A stretch of 64,000 nucleotides of DNA from positions 286,854-350,853 of the forward strand of contig JBBIRK010000002.1 of NCBI GenBank assembly GCA_037441845.1, given 5' to 3'. The translations under genes were made by a program, and so were the position numbers. The notes under the pieces are model-generated. The model worked only from the letters and a program-made list of their open reading frames with translations, was not told the origin of the DNA and did not search any database. Shown here piece after piece: positions 1-8,568 of this stretch. Numbering within the stretch: position 1 is the stretch's first letter; every line of letters begins with the position of its first letter. The DNA is from Candidatus Zixiibacteriota bacterium (lineage in GTDB: Bacteria; Zixibacteria; MSB-5A5; UBA10806; 4484-95).

Positions 1-1551
1 GATGGTTTTAAGCGCAATTGGACGATCGATAGCCGGATCCAATCCCTTATAGACCATCCCCATCGCACCCTTGCCGATAGGCTCGATGACGCGATACCTT
101 CCGAATGAACCGGTTTCCAGACGCGCATCCATTTCGAGCACGGCGGTCATGGAACGCGACACGGGCATCGTTCGTCCCTGCTCCAGCGGCATGGTTGCGG
201 AGGGCGTGCCGGCCACGGAAATCGAAGGAGCCCTGACCGGAGTCGAGGTTCCGCCCAGAGGTGTAGAGCTCAACAATTGTTCATAATCTATTTCGTCATC
301 ATCGGAATCCTCATCCGGATCCGCATCGCGCCGGTTTTTTATTGTCGGCGAAGCTATCATGAAAAACAGAATCATCATGACCGGATAGGAAAATTTGGTG
401 ATCATATCGAGGCTGGCGAATAATATGAAACTCACGTTAATCAGAACGAATACCAGTATGCCCAGAGAAATCAGCCTGTACATAAGGGATATCCGAGGGA
501 GAATTATGGCCGCGAAAAGTCCGATTCCGACCATCAGCAGGATATTGATCAAGTTCGATTTGCCGAAATCTATCAGGAAATTGCCGTGCACGATATTTTC
601 GATCGAATTGGCTAAAATCTCGGCGCCGGGCATGTCAGCTCCCACCGGTGTGGAGTAGATATCGCTCGAATTGGAGCCGGTGAAGGCGATAAGGACGATC
701 TTGCCGCTAAGCGCTTTTTTGCCGGCGTTGCCGTTCACCAAATCGACGGCGGAAACTTTTTTGAACGTGCCTGGAGGTCCGTTGAAATTGAGCGCCATGC
801 GACCGGCATGATCGGTGGGAATGAATCGGGGTCCTACTTGTATTCCTTTTCCTACATGGACCACGACATTATCACGGCCCACGCCAAGATATTTCGCAGC
901 GGTTATCAGCGATGCCGAGGGAAGATTTTCTCCAGCATAATTAAGGATCAAGGGGTCGAATCGGACCAGGCGGTCATAATCGAAACTGACGCCGGTGAAA
1001 CCTACGGCGTATGAGCCCGCCGCTATATTTTTTTCCGGCAAAGAAAGGCTTCCAGCGATGACCGGCGGTTTTTTGGCCAGTAAATCGCGATCGTCGAATT
1101 TTATCAAGGAGGTCCGCCGGAGGTAATCGGGAATTCCCTCGCCGGTGGCGCTGAAATCGGAAGTGGAGTAGCGATATGGAATGATCACGTTGCCTGCCCG
1201 GCTGATACTTGCCGCAAGAGCGGCCAGCGCCGAAGCGCTGTCTCTGGCGGGATCGGGAGGCAGCAATAGGTTAAGCAAAATCACTCTGGGCTGTTGTTCG
1301 GCAACTTTATCCACCAAGCGGGCGAGCTTTTCGCGCCCCCATGGCCAGGGGCCCAATTCTTTAAGGCTGGCATCGTCTATCGCTACGATATTGATGTCAT
1401 CGGGAACGTTGCTTTTGCCGCGCAATTGAAAGAGCTTATCGAATACGTTGGTTTCGAGCTTTTTGAACAGCGTCGGCTGATCGAGATATATGGTGACGAT
1501 AAAAAACGTTATCAGAAGATATAAAAGAATCCCGGAGAATCTCTTGAGCAT
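1..1551 (-). CDS. CHASE2 sensor-domain Ser/Thr protein kinase (partial; C-terminal kinase domain runs off the window start)
   Basis: My own minus-strand translation from the ATG at 1551: MLKRFSGILLYLLITFF (signal anchor), then CHASE2-like region with GPWPWGREKLARL, three TM helices, then kinase Gly-loop GRYRVIEPIGKGAMGMVYKG before the window edge. Absent from the ORF track because no stop lies inside the window. Confidence 0.7.
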   Translation of the reverse strand, partial: MLKRFSGILLYLLITFFIVTIYLDQPTLFKKLETNVFDKLFQLRGKSNVPDDINIVAIDDASLKELGPWPWGREKLARLVDKVAEQQPRVILLNLLLPPDPARDSASALAALAASISRAGNVIIPYRYSTSDFSATGEGIPDYLRRTSLIKFDDRDLLAKKPPVIAGSLSLPEKNIAAGSYAVGFTGVSFDYDRLVRFDPLILNYAGENLPSASLITAAKYLGVGRDNVVVHVGKGIQVGPRFIPTDHAGRMALNFNGPPGTFKKVSAVDLVNGNAGKKALSGKIVLIAFTGSNSSDIYSTPVGADMPGAEILANSIENIVHGNFLIDFGKSNLINILLMVGIGLFAAIILPRISLMYRLISLGILVFVLINVSFILFASLDMITKFSYPVMMILFFMIASPTIKNRRDADPDEDSDDDEIDYEQLLSSTPLGGTSTPVRAPSISVAGTPSATMPLEQGRTMPVSRSMTAVLEMDARLETGSFGRYRVIEPIGKGAMGMVYKGLDPAIDRPIALKTI

Positions 1552-2026
1552 TTTTATTCCCTGTCTGGAAGAAGTTTCCGACAACAGACGACACAATATC
1601 TTATCTTATGTAGTTAATCGGCAATGGGCGGCCATAATTTAGTTTGGCCGATCGAAATCCGAAGAAATTGTGCAGGAACGATAACTGTATTTGTATCAAG
1701 TAGATAGTGCGATCTTGCGGCTGGTTCCAGAAGGTAGCGGTCGATTTTCCATTGAATGCGATCGGATCAGCCTGCGGTCGTTCTCCTGAAAAAAACTCAA
1801 CGGCACAGGCAGACCTGCAAAAAATGGTCGAACCGTTTCCAAATGTGAAGAAACTGTGTATGAGGTTTATTATAGAACCTCTGACAATCGGTCTTGGTGT
1901 TGCCCCGATGCTGAGCCTTCGTCAGGGGAAAACAGCAAGCCGGCCAGGATTATCATACAAGTTAGTATTCCGAGAAACAAAATAAGCCTTACGAGCAGCA
2001 GCCCGCTGCCTTCCTTGAATTTATCG

Positions 2027-2758
2027 CTAACGCCCAACGGCAAGCCTTTCTATCAGGTATTCCGGCATTCCGAGAGCGGCCATCCTTTTTTGAGTGGCGT
2101 CATAATCGTAGGCCACCCGCTTGTGCCGGATTATCTGGGTTTTAGTATCGTAAATCACGTAACAGCTGCGCGGGTCGCCGTCGCGGGGCTGACCCAACGA
2201 GCCGATGTTGATCAGGTAACGGCGCCCCGGAAGAATTTTCTCCTCGGGTTTATTGGAGATTATGCAGTTTCCCTTAGAATCGATGGAGACGATGAACGGA
2301 CGATGAGTATGGCCGACAAGACAGATTTTTTGAGTGAAATGCTTGAAGTTTTCCTCGACGTCGGTCATACCGAGAATATAGTGCCACATCTCGGGTTCGC
2401 GTGGGGAAGAATGAACGATGAGGATATTATCGAAGGTGTGGCTGATTTGGAATTTGCTTAGGATGGCGATAGTTTCTTTGCTGAGCGAGTTTCTGGTCCA
2501 GCTCATCGCCTCGGCGGCATACTGGTTGAAATACTCGGTTTCCATCAAGCCGAGCGCGGCATAATCGTGGTTGCCTATCAGCTTTACGTGGGCTATTCGG
2601 TCGATCATCTCGACACATTCGTTGGGGTTGGGTCCATAGCCTACGGCATCGCCGAGGAAAAACACCTTGTCGATACGTTCATTCTGGAGGTCAATCGCGA
2701 AGGCTTTGAGCGCTTCGAAATTGGCATGAACGTCGGAAAAGAATGCGTACTTCATCAA
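2027..2758 (-). CDS. calcineurin-like metallophosphoesterase (possible protein phosphatase)
   Basis: SDVHAN ... LGDAVGYG ... GNHD ... HTH metal-binding motifs in the 243 aa ORF; 4-nt overlap with the upstream FHA gene. Confidence 0.85.
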   Translation of the reverse strand: MMKYAFFSDVHANFEALKAFAIDLQNERIDKVFFLGDAVGYGPNPNECVEMIDRIAHVKLIGNHDYAALGLMETEYFNQYAAEAMSWTRNSLSKETIAILSKFQISHTFDNILIVHSSPREPEMWHYILGMTDVEENFKHFTQKICLVGHTHRPFIVSIDSKGNCIISNKPEEKILPGRRYLINIGSLGQPRDGDPRSCYVIYDTKTQIIRHKRVAYDYDATQKRMAALGMPEYLIERLAVGR

Positions 2759-3447
2759 GCGCGATTTTCTATGTATCTGAAAACGGTTTTCCCCACTTGA
2801 ATGAGATCGTCGTTTTTCAACATATATTTGTCAACGTCCTCGCCGTTCACCTTGGTTTTCCCCTTTTTGCCGATGTTCACCAGCCAGAAATCGTTCCCCT
2901 CTTTGACGATCTTGGCCTGGACACTCGACAAAAACACTCCCTTGGCTTTGATATTCGCCAGTTTGGAGCGGCCGATCGTCACCACCGAGTGAGCCAGAGG
3001 AAACATTTCTTTCTCGGCACCGCTTTCACCCAGTAGAATAGAACAGCCGGTCTCGGCTGTCAACTTTTTTGACATCTTATCTTTGGCGATCAGCTCTTTT
3101 TGCTTCTTGGTTTCCAGCAACATGGTGCCATCGACACCGAAAGCGTCTAAATCACGGCGGGCTTCCTGATGGTAAATCAGATTGTATTTGGCGATAGTGA
3201 TGGTATCGTTGTCTTTCAGGATTTCCTCGGTGATCTTGCGCGAATTCAGGAACGTGCCATTTAGCGACTCGTTGTCGATCACCACCGCCTGCTTATCGCC
3301 GAATTCGATGATGGCGTGACGGCGGGAGACTCCCCGGTTGTCAAGCACAATGTCGTTATCCGGCGTTCTCCCTATGGTGACCCGTTTTTTTTCGGTGAGG
3401 AATCTCTCGATTACCTTGTCTTCGAATTTTACGATGATCTCCGGCAT
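2755..3447 (-). CDS. tandem FHA-domain protein
   Basis: First FHA: TIGR...DIVLD..VSRRHA...NGTFLN. Second, degenerate FHA: VVTIGRS...KVNGEDV. Confidence 0.85.
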   Translation of the reverse strand: MPEIIVKFEDKVIERFLTEKKRVTIGRTPDNDIVLDNRGVSRRHAIIEFGDKQAVVIDNESLNGTFLNSRKITEEILKDNDTITIAKYNLIYHQEARRDLDAFGVDGTMLLETKKQKELIAKDKMSKKLTAETGCSILLGESGAEKEMFPLAHSVVTIGRSKLANIKAKGVFLSSVQAKIVKEGNDFWLVNIGKKGKTKVNGEDVDKYMLKNDDLIQVGKTVFRYIENRA

Positions 3448-3575
3448 AGGACCTCCCCATGCGGCCTTTTACGGCCGTCTATTGGCTTAAAGAGAATTCG
3501 CGGATTCGTCTTGCTCCCACGGCATTAGGCCTTTTGGCTTGCCTAAGTCCGCAATTCGTTTATATTTTCGGCTGC

Positions 3576-4607
3576 GTGACGCTAAACTTTAAAAACAGCC
3601 GTTCGGTGATAGCCGGGCCGGCGGCGGGAATCACAGACCGGATCACGCGCAGAATAGCGCGGGCCTGCGGCGCCGATGTCACCATGACCGGTCTGATTTC
3701 GAGCGAGGGCATAGTGCGCGGCCATCGGCGGACACTCGAACTGCTCGAGTTCGATGATGCGGAGCGACCGATCGGCATACAGATATTCGGGGCCAGGCCG
3801 GATATCATGGCGGAGGCGGCCCGAATAGTCGAGGGTTATGCGCCTGAGTTCATAGATCTGAATTTCGGCTGCCCGGCACCCAAAGTTATCGGAAAGAATG
3901 GAGGCTCCGCCCTGCTTGCCGACCTGCCGCTGATGGCCGAGATAATCGGGGCAGTGCGTCAGGCGGTGGCTATCCCGGTGACGGTTAAAATTAGGGCGGG
4001 GGTCAACACCCAAAATATCGTGGCGGCCGAAGCAGCGATTATCGCCGAAGAACGCGGCGCCGAAGCCGTTTGTATTCACCCCCGGACGGCGGCTCAGAGA
4101 TATTCGGGTAATGCGGATTGGAATATCATCGCCGGCGTGAAAAAGGCTGTCGGAATAGCCGTAATCGGCTCGGGCGATATCGATTCGCCGCTGAAAGCCG
4201 AATCGATGTTCGATCGGACGGGATGCGACGCTATAATGATCTGTCGAGCGGCGTTCGGGAATCCCTGGATTTTCGGGCGGGTGAAAAGCTACCTGAAATG
4301 CGGGCGGGAAGCGCCGGAGCCGGATTGCCGGATGCGGATCGGAACGGCGATCGATCATTTAAGGCAGGCGATTGAAAGTTATGGCGGAGCAGCGGGGGTT
4401 TTCCGGATGAGAAAACAGATCGCCTGGTATATAAAGGGAATGAACGGGGCGGCTGCGGCCAGAGAAGTATTGATGAGATTGACCGACCCCGAAGAAATCG
4501 TTTCAGAACTGAACAAGCTGGCCGAATTTCAGGAAGCCGGCGCCCCCACCAGGACGAAACGAACAGGTTATCGGGCGCAAGCGGAATGCAACGACGGCGG
4601 CCGATAG
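3576..4607 (+). CDS. dus: tRNA-dihydrouridine synthase (DusB-like)
   Basis: AGPAAGITD..., LNFGCPAPKV and TVKIRAG motifs. The track ORF starts at 3459 and would overlap the FHA gene; the in-frame GTG at 3576 gives an N-terminus colinear with DusB (MTLNFKNSRSVIAGP). Confidence 0.8.
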   Translation: MTLNFKNSRSVIAGPAAGITDRITRRIARACGADVTMTGLISSEGIVRGHRRTLELLEFDDAERPIGIQIFGARPDIMAEAARIVEGYAPEFIDLNFGCPAPKVIGKNGGSALLADLPLMAEIIGAVRQAVAIPVTVKIRAGVNTQNIVAAEAAIIAEERGAEAVCIHPRTAAQRYSGNADWNIIAGVKKAVGIAVIGSGDIDSPLKAESMFDRTGCDAIMICRAAFGNPWIFGRVKSYLKCGREAPEPDCRMRIGTAIDHLRQAIESYGGAAGVFRMRKQIAWYIKGMNGAAAAREVLMRLTDPEEIVSELNKLAEFQEAGAPTRTKRTGYRAQAECNDGGR

Positions 4608-4733
4608 AAAATCGATGCGGCATGACGGCGGTTTCCAACGGAAACCGCATGTTCGGCGCACGATGGTTGGTAAAGAATAGTTAACGAAGACAATGAAAAC
4701 GGAGATATAACCCCGACCGAAAGGAAGTCATCG

Positions 4734-5714
4734 ATGGCCGATGGGATATTGGTATTTGCGGAACTGAAAGACGGGAAATTGGCGCCGGTGGCCAAACAGT
4801 CGCTGACCGCCGCCGGGAAACTGGCACAGGCTAAGGGACTCGAAGTGACGGCGGTTTGTATAGGGAAAAATATCGAGGCGGCGGCCGGCGATTCGATCAA
4901 GTGCGGTGCGGCTGCGGCTTATTATTGCGATGCCGCGGAGCTCGAGCATTTCGTCGATGAGAGCTATGCCAAAATCGTGGCGGAAATCGCGGCCAAAACT
5001 CAACCGCGGCTGATTATCGGCGGCGCGAGTTTCGTGGGAAAGGAGCTGTTTCCCCGACTGGCCGCCATGTTGAATTCGGGCCTGGCGGCGGATGTCATCG
5101 CGATCGATTGGGAGGGTGAGGAAATCGTGGCCACGCGGCCGGCATACGGCGGCAAAGCGATATTGAAGGTTTCTCCCAACGGTCCGGGTCCGCGGCTGGT
5201 GACGATTAGAGCGAAAGCGTTTCCGGAGGCGACGCCGGCGGAAACGGGCGACGGAAAGATCGAAAAAATAGCATACGATTCGGTTCGACATGGAGCCAGA
5301 GCGAAAGTAATAGAGAAGATAAGAGAGAGCGGGCAATCGGTCAGCTTGACGGATGCCGACATAATCGTTTCCGGCGGCCGGGGCCTGCGCGATCCGGCGA
5401 ATTTCAAATTGATACGTGAGCTGGCCGAGGTTTTGGGCGGCGCCGTGGGCGCATCGAGAGCCACCGTGGACGCGGGCTGGATTCCCTATGCGCATCAAGT
5501 GGGGCAAACCGGCAAGACGGTTAATCCGAAATTATACGTGGCCTGCGGCATATCCGGCGCGATTCAGCATCTGGTGGGGATGCAATCGGCCAAGATAATC
5601 GTGGCGATCAATCGGGATCCGGAAGCGCCGATTTTCAAAGTGGCCACTTACGGGATAGTCGGAGATCTGTTCGAAATTCTGCCGAAGCTGATCGCCCGGC
5701 TCAAGAAGGCTTAG
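4734..5714 (+). CDS. etfA: electron transfer flavoprotein alpha subunit
   Basis: C-terminal FAD-binding signature SGGRGL...ATVDAGW...QVGQTGK...VACGISGAIQH. Confidence 0.9.
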   Translation: MADGILVFAELKDGKLAPVAKQSLTAAGKLAQAKGLEVTAVCIGKNIEAAAGDSIKCGAAAAYYCDAAELEHFVDESYAKIVAEIAAKTQPRLIIGGASFVGKELFPRLAAMLNSGLAADVIAIDWEGEEIVATRPAYGGKAILKVSPNGPGPRLVTIRAKAFPEATPAETGDGKIEKIAYDSVRHGARAKVIEKIRESGQSVSLTDADIIVSGGRGLRDPANFKLIRELAEVLGGAVGASRATVDAGWIPYAHQVGQTGKTVNPKLYVACGISGAIQHLVGMQSAKIIVAINRDPEAPIFKVATYGIVGDLFEILPKLIARLKKA

Positions 5715-5721
5715 GATCAAT

Positions 5722-5759
5722 AAAAAAAATTCGAGGGCGCGGAATTCCACGCCCTCGAA
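5722..5759 (-). terminator. Rho-independent terminator (10-bp stem TTCGAGGGCG/CGCCCTCGAA; U-run on minus sense)
   Basis: Perfect inverted repeat 5730-5739/5750-5759 with an adjacent A8 run on plus (U8 on minus), downstream of the minus-strand M16 operon and convergent with etfA. Confidence 0.55.
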
Positions 5760-5823
5760 TCGAGCACAAGCGCTATCGACCCACAAAGTCAATTGCATTT
5801 CATTCATTATTCAATTTCGGCAT

Positions 5824-7197
5824 CTATAACTGATCGTAAGGGATCGTCTGCACCTTTCCCATGGATTTCAGTTGGGATTCGACTGCCGATGCTTTGGTCA
5901 CGATGCTGAAAATCATGTTTTTCGTATCCCAGAATTTCGCCGCCGCGCGCTTTATATCGGCTTTAGTGACTTTTTGGATATTGGCGGTGAAGTCCTGGAT
6001 ATAGGATACGGGGAGGCCGTAAAGCTTGATTTTGACTATTTCCGAAGCCACGGCCTCGGGCGTTTCGAGAGTCATGGGATAATAGCCGCTGTAGAAATTG
6101 CGCGCTTCGTTGAATTCGATATCGGTGACCTCTTCGGTACGCATTTTTTCGATGACATCGATCGCCGCCCGCAAGGCGATCAAAGTGGAATCGTTTTCGG
6201 TGAAGGTGGCGCAGAACAGCGCACCGGGGTTGAGGTTCCATTCGTTCTGGGTTCGGATATCGTAGGTCAATCCCTTTTCCACCCTCACGGCCTGGGTAAG
6301 TCTGGAAGTAAAGGACGCCCCCATGATGTAATTCATCAAGAGGAACGAGTAATAATCGGGGTCTTTGCGGGTAAGGCCGAGATGCCCGAAACGGATATTG
6401 GCCTGAGAGGCATCCGGCTTATCGACCAAAATTATGGTGTAACCTTCGGGATTTTCAGCAGGAGTGATCTGCGGACTGGTTATATCGCCCATTTGCCACG
6501 AACCGAACGCTTTTGCGGCGGCAGTGAAAGCGGCGGCCGGGTCGATATCGCCGGCGAAGATCAAGATCGCGTTATTGGGGCGGTAGTAATTGGAATAGAA
6601 ATCCCTGGCGTCGTTGAAAGTCAGCGCGGTCAGAGTGTTTTCCGTTCCCTCCTCCGGCTGTGAATAGGGATGGTCGCCGAAAAGATAACGGGCGAACGCT
6701 TTTTCGCAGAGCGAGGCCGGGTCGTCTTTCTGTTGCATGACCGAGGCGACCAGGCGCTGACGATCGCGCTCGAACTCGAGGCTGTCGAACGTCGGGTGCA
6801 GGATAATGTCTGAAAACAGGTCGAGTCCGATATCCAGATGCCGCCGCAGGACGGTGCAAGATATGTTTGAGTAATCGCGATTCGCCGAACCGGAGAGGCT
6901 GCCGCCGATAAAATCGATCTGGTCGGCGATTTCGGTGGCTTTGCGGCTGGTGGTTCCTTTGCGCAACAGGCCGGCGGTCAGATTGGCCAAACCAGCCTTG
7001 CCGACGGGATCATACCTGGAGCCCGATTTGACCACCATCCGCATCCAGACGACAGGTAATTCATGGTTTTCGATCACCACGACTTCGAGTGCGTTATTCA
7101 TCCTCGATTCGGAAATCGGGGGCAGTTTCACTTGAGCGAAAGCCGGCAAAATGCAAAGCGCAACAGCCAGGCATGCGATAATCATAATATTTTTCAC
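5824..7197 (-). CDS. M16 (pitrilysin) family peptidase, inactive-type subunit (no HxxEH)
   Basis: Signal peptide; M16 fold pattern but GLANLTAGLLRKGT in place of the HxxEH zinc motif. Confidence 0.8.
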   Translation of the reverse strand: MKNIMIIACLAVALCILPAFAQVKLPPISESRMNNALEVVVIENHELPVVWMRMVVKSGSRYDPVGKAGLANLTAGLLRKGTTSRKATEIADQIDFIGGSLSGSANRDYSNISCTVLRRHLDIGLDLFSDIILHPTFDSLEFERDRQRLVASVMQQKDDPASLCEKAFARYLFGDHPYSQPEEGTENTLTALTFNDARDFYSNYYRPNNAILIFAGDIDPAAAFTAAAKAFGSWQMGDITSPQITPAENPEGYTIILVDKPDASQANIRFGHLGLTRKDPDYYSFLLMNYIMGASFTSRLTQAVRVEKGLTYDIRTQNEWNLNPGALFCATFTENDSTLIALRAAIDVIEKMRTEEVTDIEFNEARNFYSGYYPMTLETPEAVASEIVKIKLYGLPVSYIQDFTANIQKVTKADIKRAAAKFWDTKNMIFSIVTKASAVESQLKSMGKVQTIPYDQL

Positions 7198-7212
7198 TTA
7201 TTCCTCCCAGCG

Positions 7213-8559
7213 CTAATTATCGACCGCAGCGGCGCGCGACGGCGACTCTGGAACGAGGACGACCACGGTGCGGTTGCGATCGGTCAGGTATTTATCTGCT
7301 ACCCGCATGACATCGGCGGCGGTCACCTTGCGATAACCATCGGCCTCTTTGTAAATGTTCATATAATCTCCGGTGTCGATTTCGAAGTAGCCGACCTGCA
7401 CGGCGCGATCCTCGTTGGAAACCATGCCCATGATGAATTCGGCTTCGAGCTGATTTTTCGCCTTCTGCAATTCGGTTTCGGAAATCGGTTCGGTCTGCAG
7501 GCGGTCAACCTCCTGCCAGATTTCCTTTTCGAGGGAATCCATGTTCACGCCCGGGACTGCGCCGGCCATGACATAAAAAAGGCCGGGATGATTAAGGCGG
7601 GAGGCCTCGCCCTGGACAAACAGCGCTTTCCTCTCTTCGTAAACGAGGCGGCGGTGCAAACGCGATGATTCACCGCCGAACAGCACTCTGGCCGCCACTT
7701 TCAGAGGGAAGATATCTTCGCTTTTGCCATCGGCGATCTTGAAACCGGCGATTATGGCCGGCAGCTGGGCCAGTTTGTGGTAATAGATTCTTTTTTCGCC
7801 GCGTTGTTCGGGTTCTAACGTGCGCACCGGCGGCGGCGGAGTTTCGGGTTTCAGAGGACCGTAATATTTTTTGACCAGCTTCATGGTTTTTTCGATATCG
7901 ATATCGCCGGCGATTACCAGAAAACAGTTGTTCGGAGCATAGTGGGTGCGGTAATAATCGAGGCAATTTTCGAGAGTGATCGATTGAATATCGGACAAAA
8001 ACCCGATCGGCAGCCAGCGGTAGGGATGAGCGACATAAGCGTTGTTGTAAAGCTGTTCATACAGCGCGCCGAACGGGGAATTTTCGTAGCGCATCAATCT
8101 TTCGTTGATCACCACGTTGCGTTCGGTGGTAAGGTTTTGTTGGTTTATCTGCAGGTTGCGCGAACGATCGGCTTCGAGATCGATCGCTACTTCCAGCTTT
8201 TCGGAGGGCATGACCTCGTAGTAGGTGGTGTTATCGAAAGAGGTCCAGGCGTTGTTGATACCGCCGTTGCCCATCACCAGCCGATCGAATTTCTCCTTGG
8301 GGTATTTCTTGGTTCCTTTGAACATCATATGTTCGAACAGGTGGGAAATACCCGTAATTCCGGGTCGTTCGTCTTTGGAGCCGCATCTATACCAGGCCTG
8401 GACCGTTACTGTCGGACATGAGTTGTCCTGCAGAAGCAGCACCATCAGGCCGTTGTCGAGCCGGCGTTTTTCGATCGGGAAATTCAATTCGCCGGCCGTC
8501 GCCGAGGCGCCGATCAAAAGCACCATCAACAACGACCATTTCCGTAAACGCATGTTCAC
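7213..8559 (-). CDS. M16 family zinc peptidase, active subunit
   Basis: GISHLFEHMMFKGT (HxxEH) zinc-binding motif; signal peptide. Confidence 0.9.
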   Translation of the reverse strand: MNMRLRKWSLLMVLLIGASATAGELNFPIEKRRLDNGLMVLLLQDNSCPTVTVQAWYRCGSKDERPGITGISHLFEHMMFKGTKKYPKEKFDRLVMGNGGINNAWTSFDNTTYYEVMPSEKLEVAIDLEADRSRNLQINQQNLTTERNVVINERLMRYENSPFGALYEQLYNNAYVAHPYRWLPIGFLSDIQSITLENCLDYYRTHYAPNNCFLVIAGDIDIEKTMKLVKKYYGPLKPETPPPPVRTLEPEQRGEKRIYYHKLAQLPAIIAGFKIADGKSEDIFPLKVAARVLFGGESSRLHRRLVYEERKALFVQGEASRLNHPGLFYVMAGAVPGVNMDSLEKEIWQEVDRLQTEPISETELQKAKNQLEAEFIMGMVSNEDRAVQVGYFEIDTGDYMNIYKEADGYRKVTAADVMRVADKYLTDRNRTVVVLVPESPSRAAAVDN

Positions 8560-8568
8560 CTCCGCTAT

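Noticed and set aside
1552-2026. Looked for a CRISPR array here (475-bp intergenic gap) and in every other non-coding gap of the window, to partner the Cas6-like gene
   Set aside because: No direct repeats of 25-40 nt with regular spacing are visible in this or any other gap. The region contains only a weak hairpin plus a T7 run (a likely terminator for the FHA/phosphoesterase operon) and the kinase promoter/SD.
3459-3575. Track start of the dus ORF at 3459, overlapping the FHA gene start
   Set aside because: Homology to DusB begins at the in-frame GTG at 3576 (…NSRSVIAGPAAGITD). The upstream 39 codons are probably untranslated.
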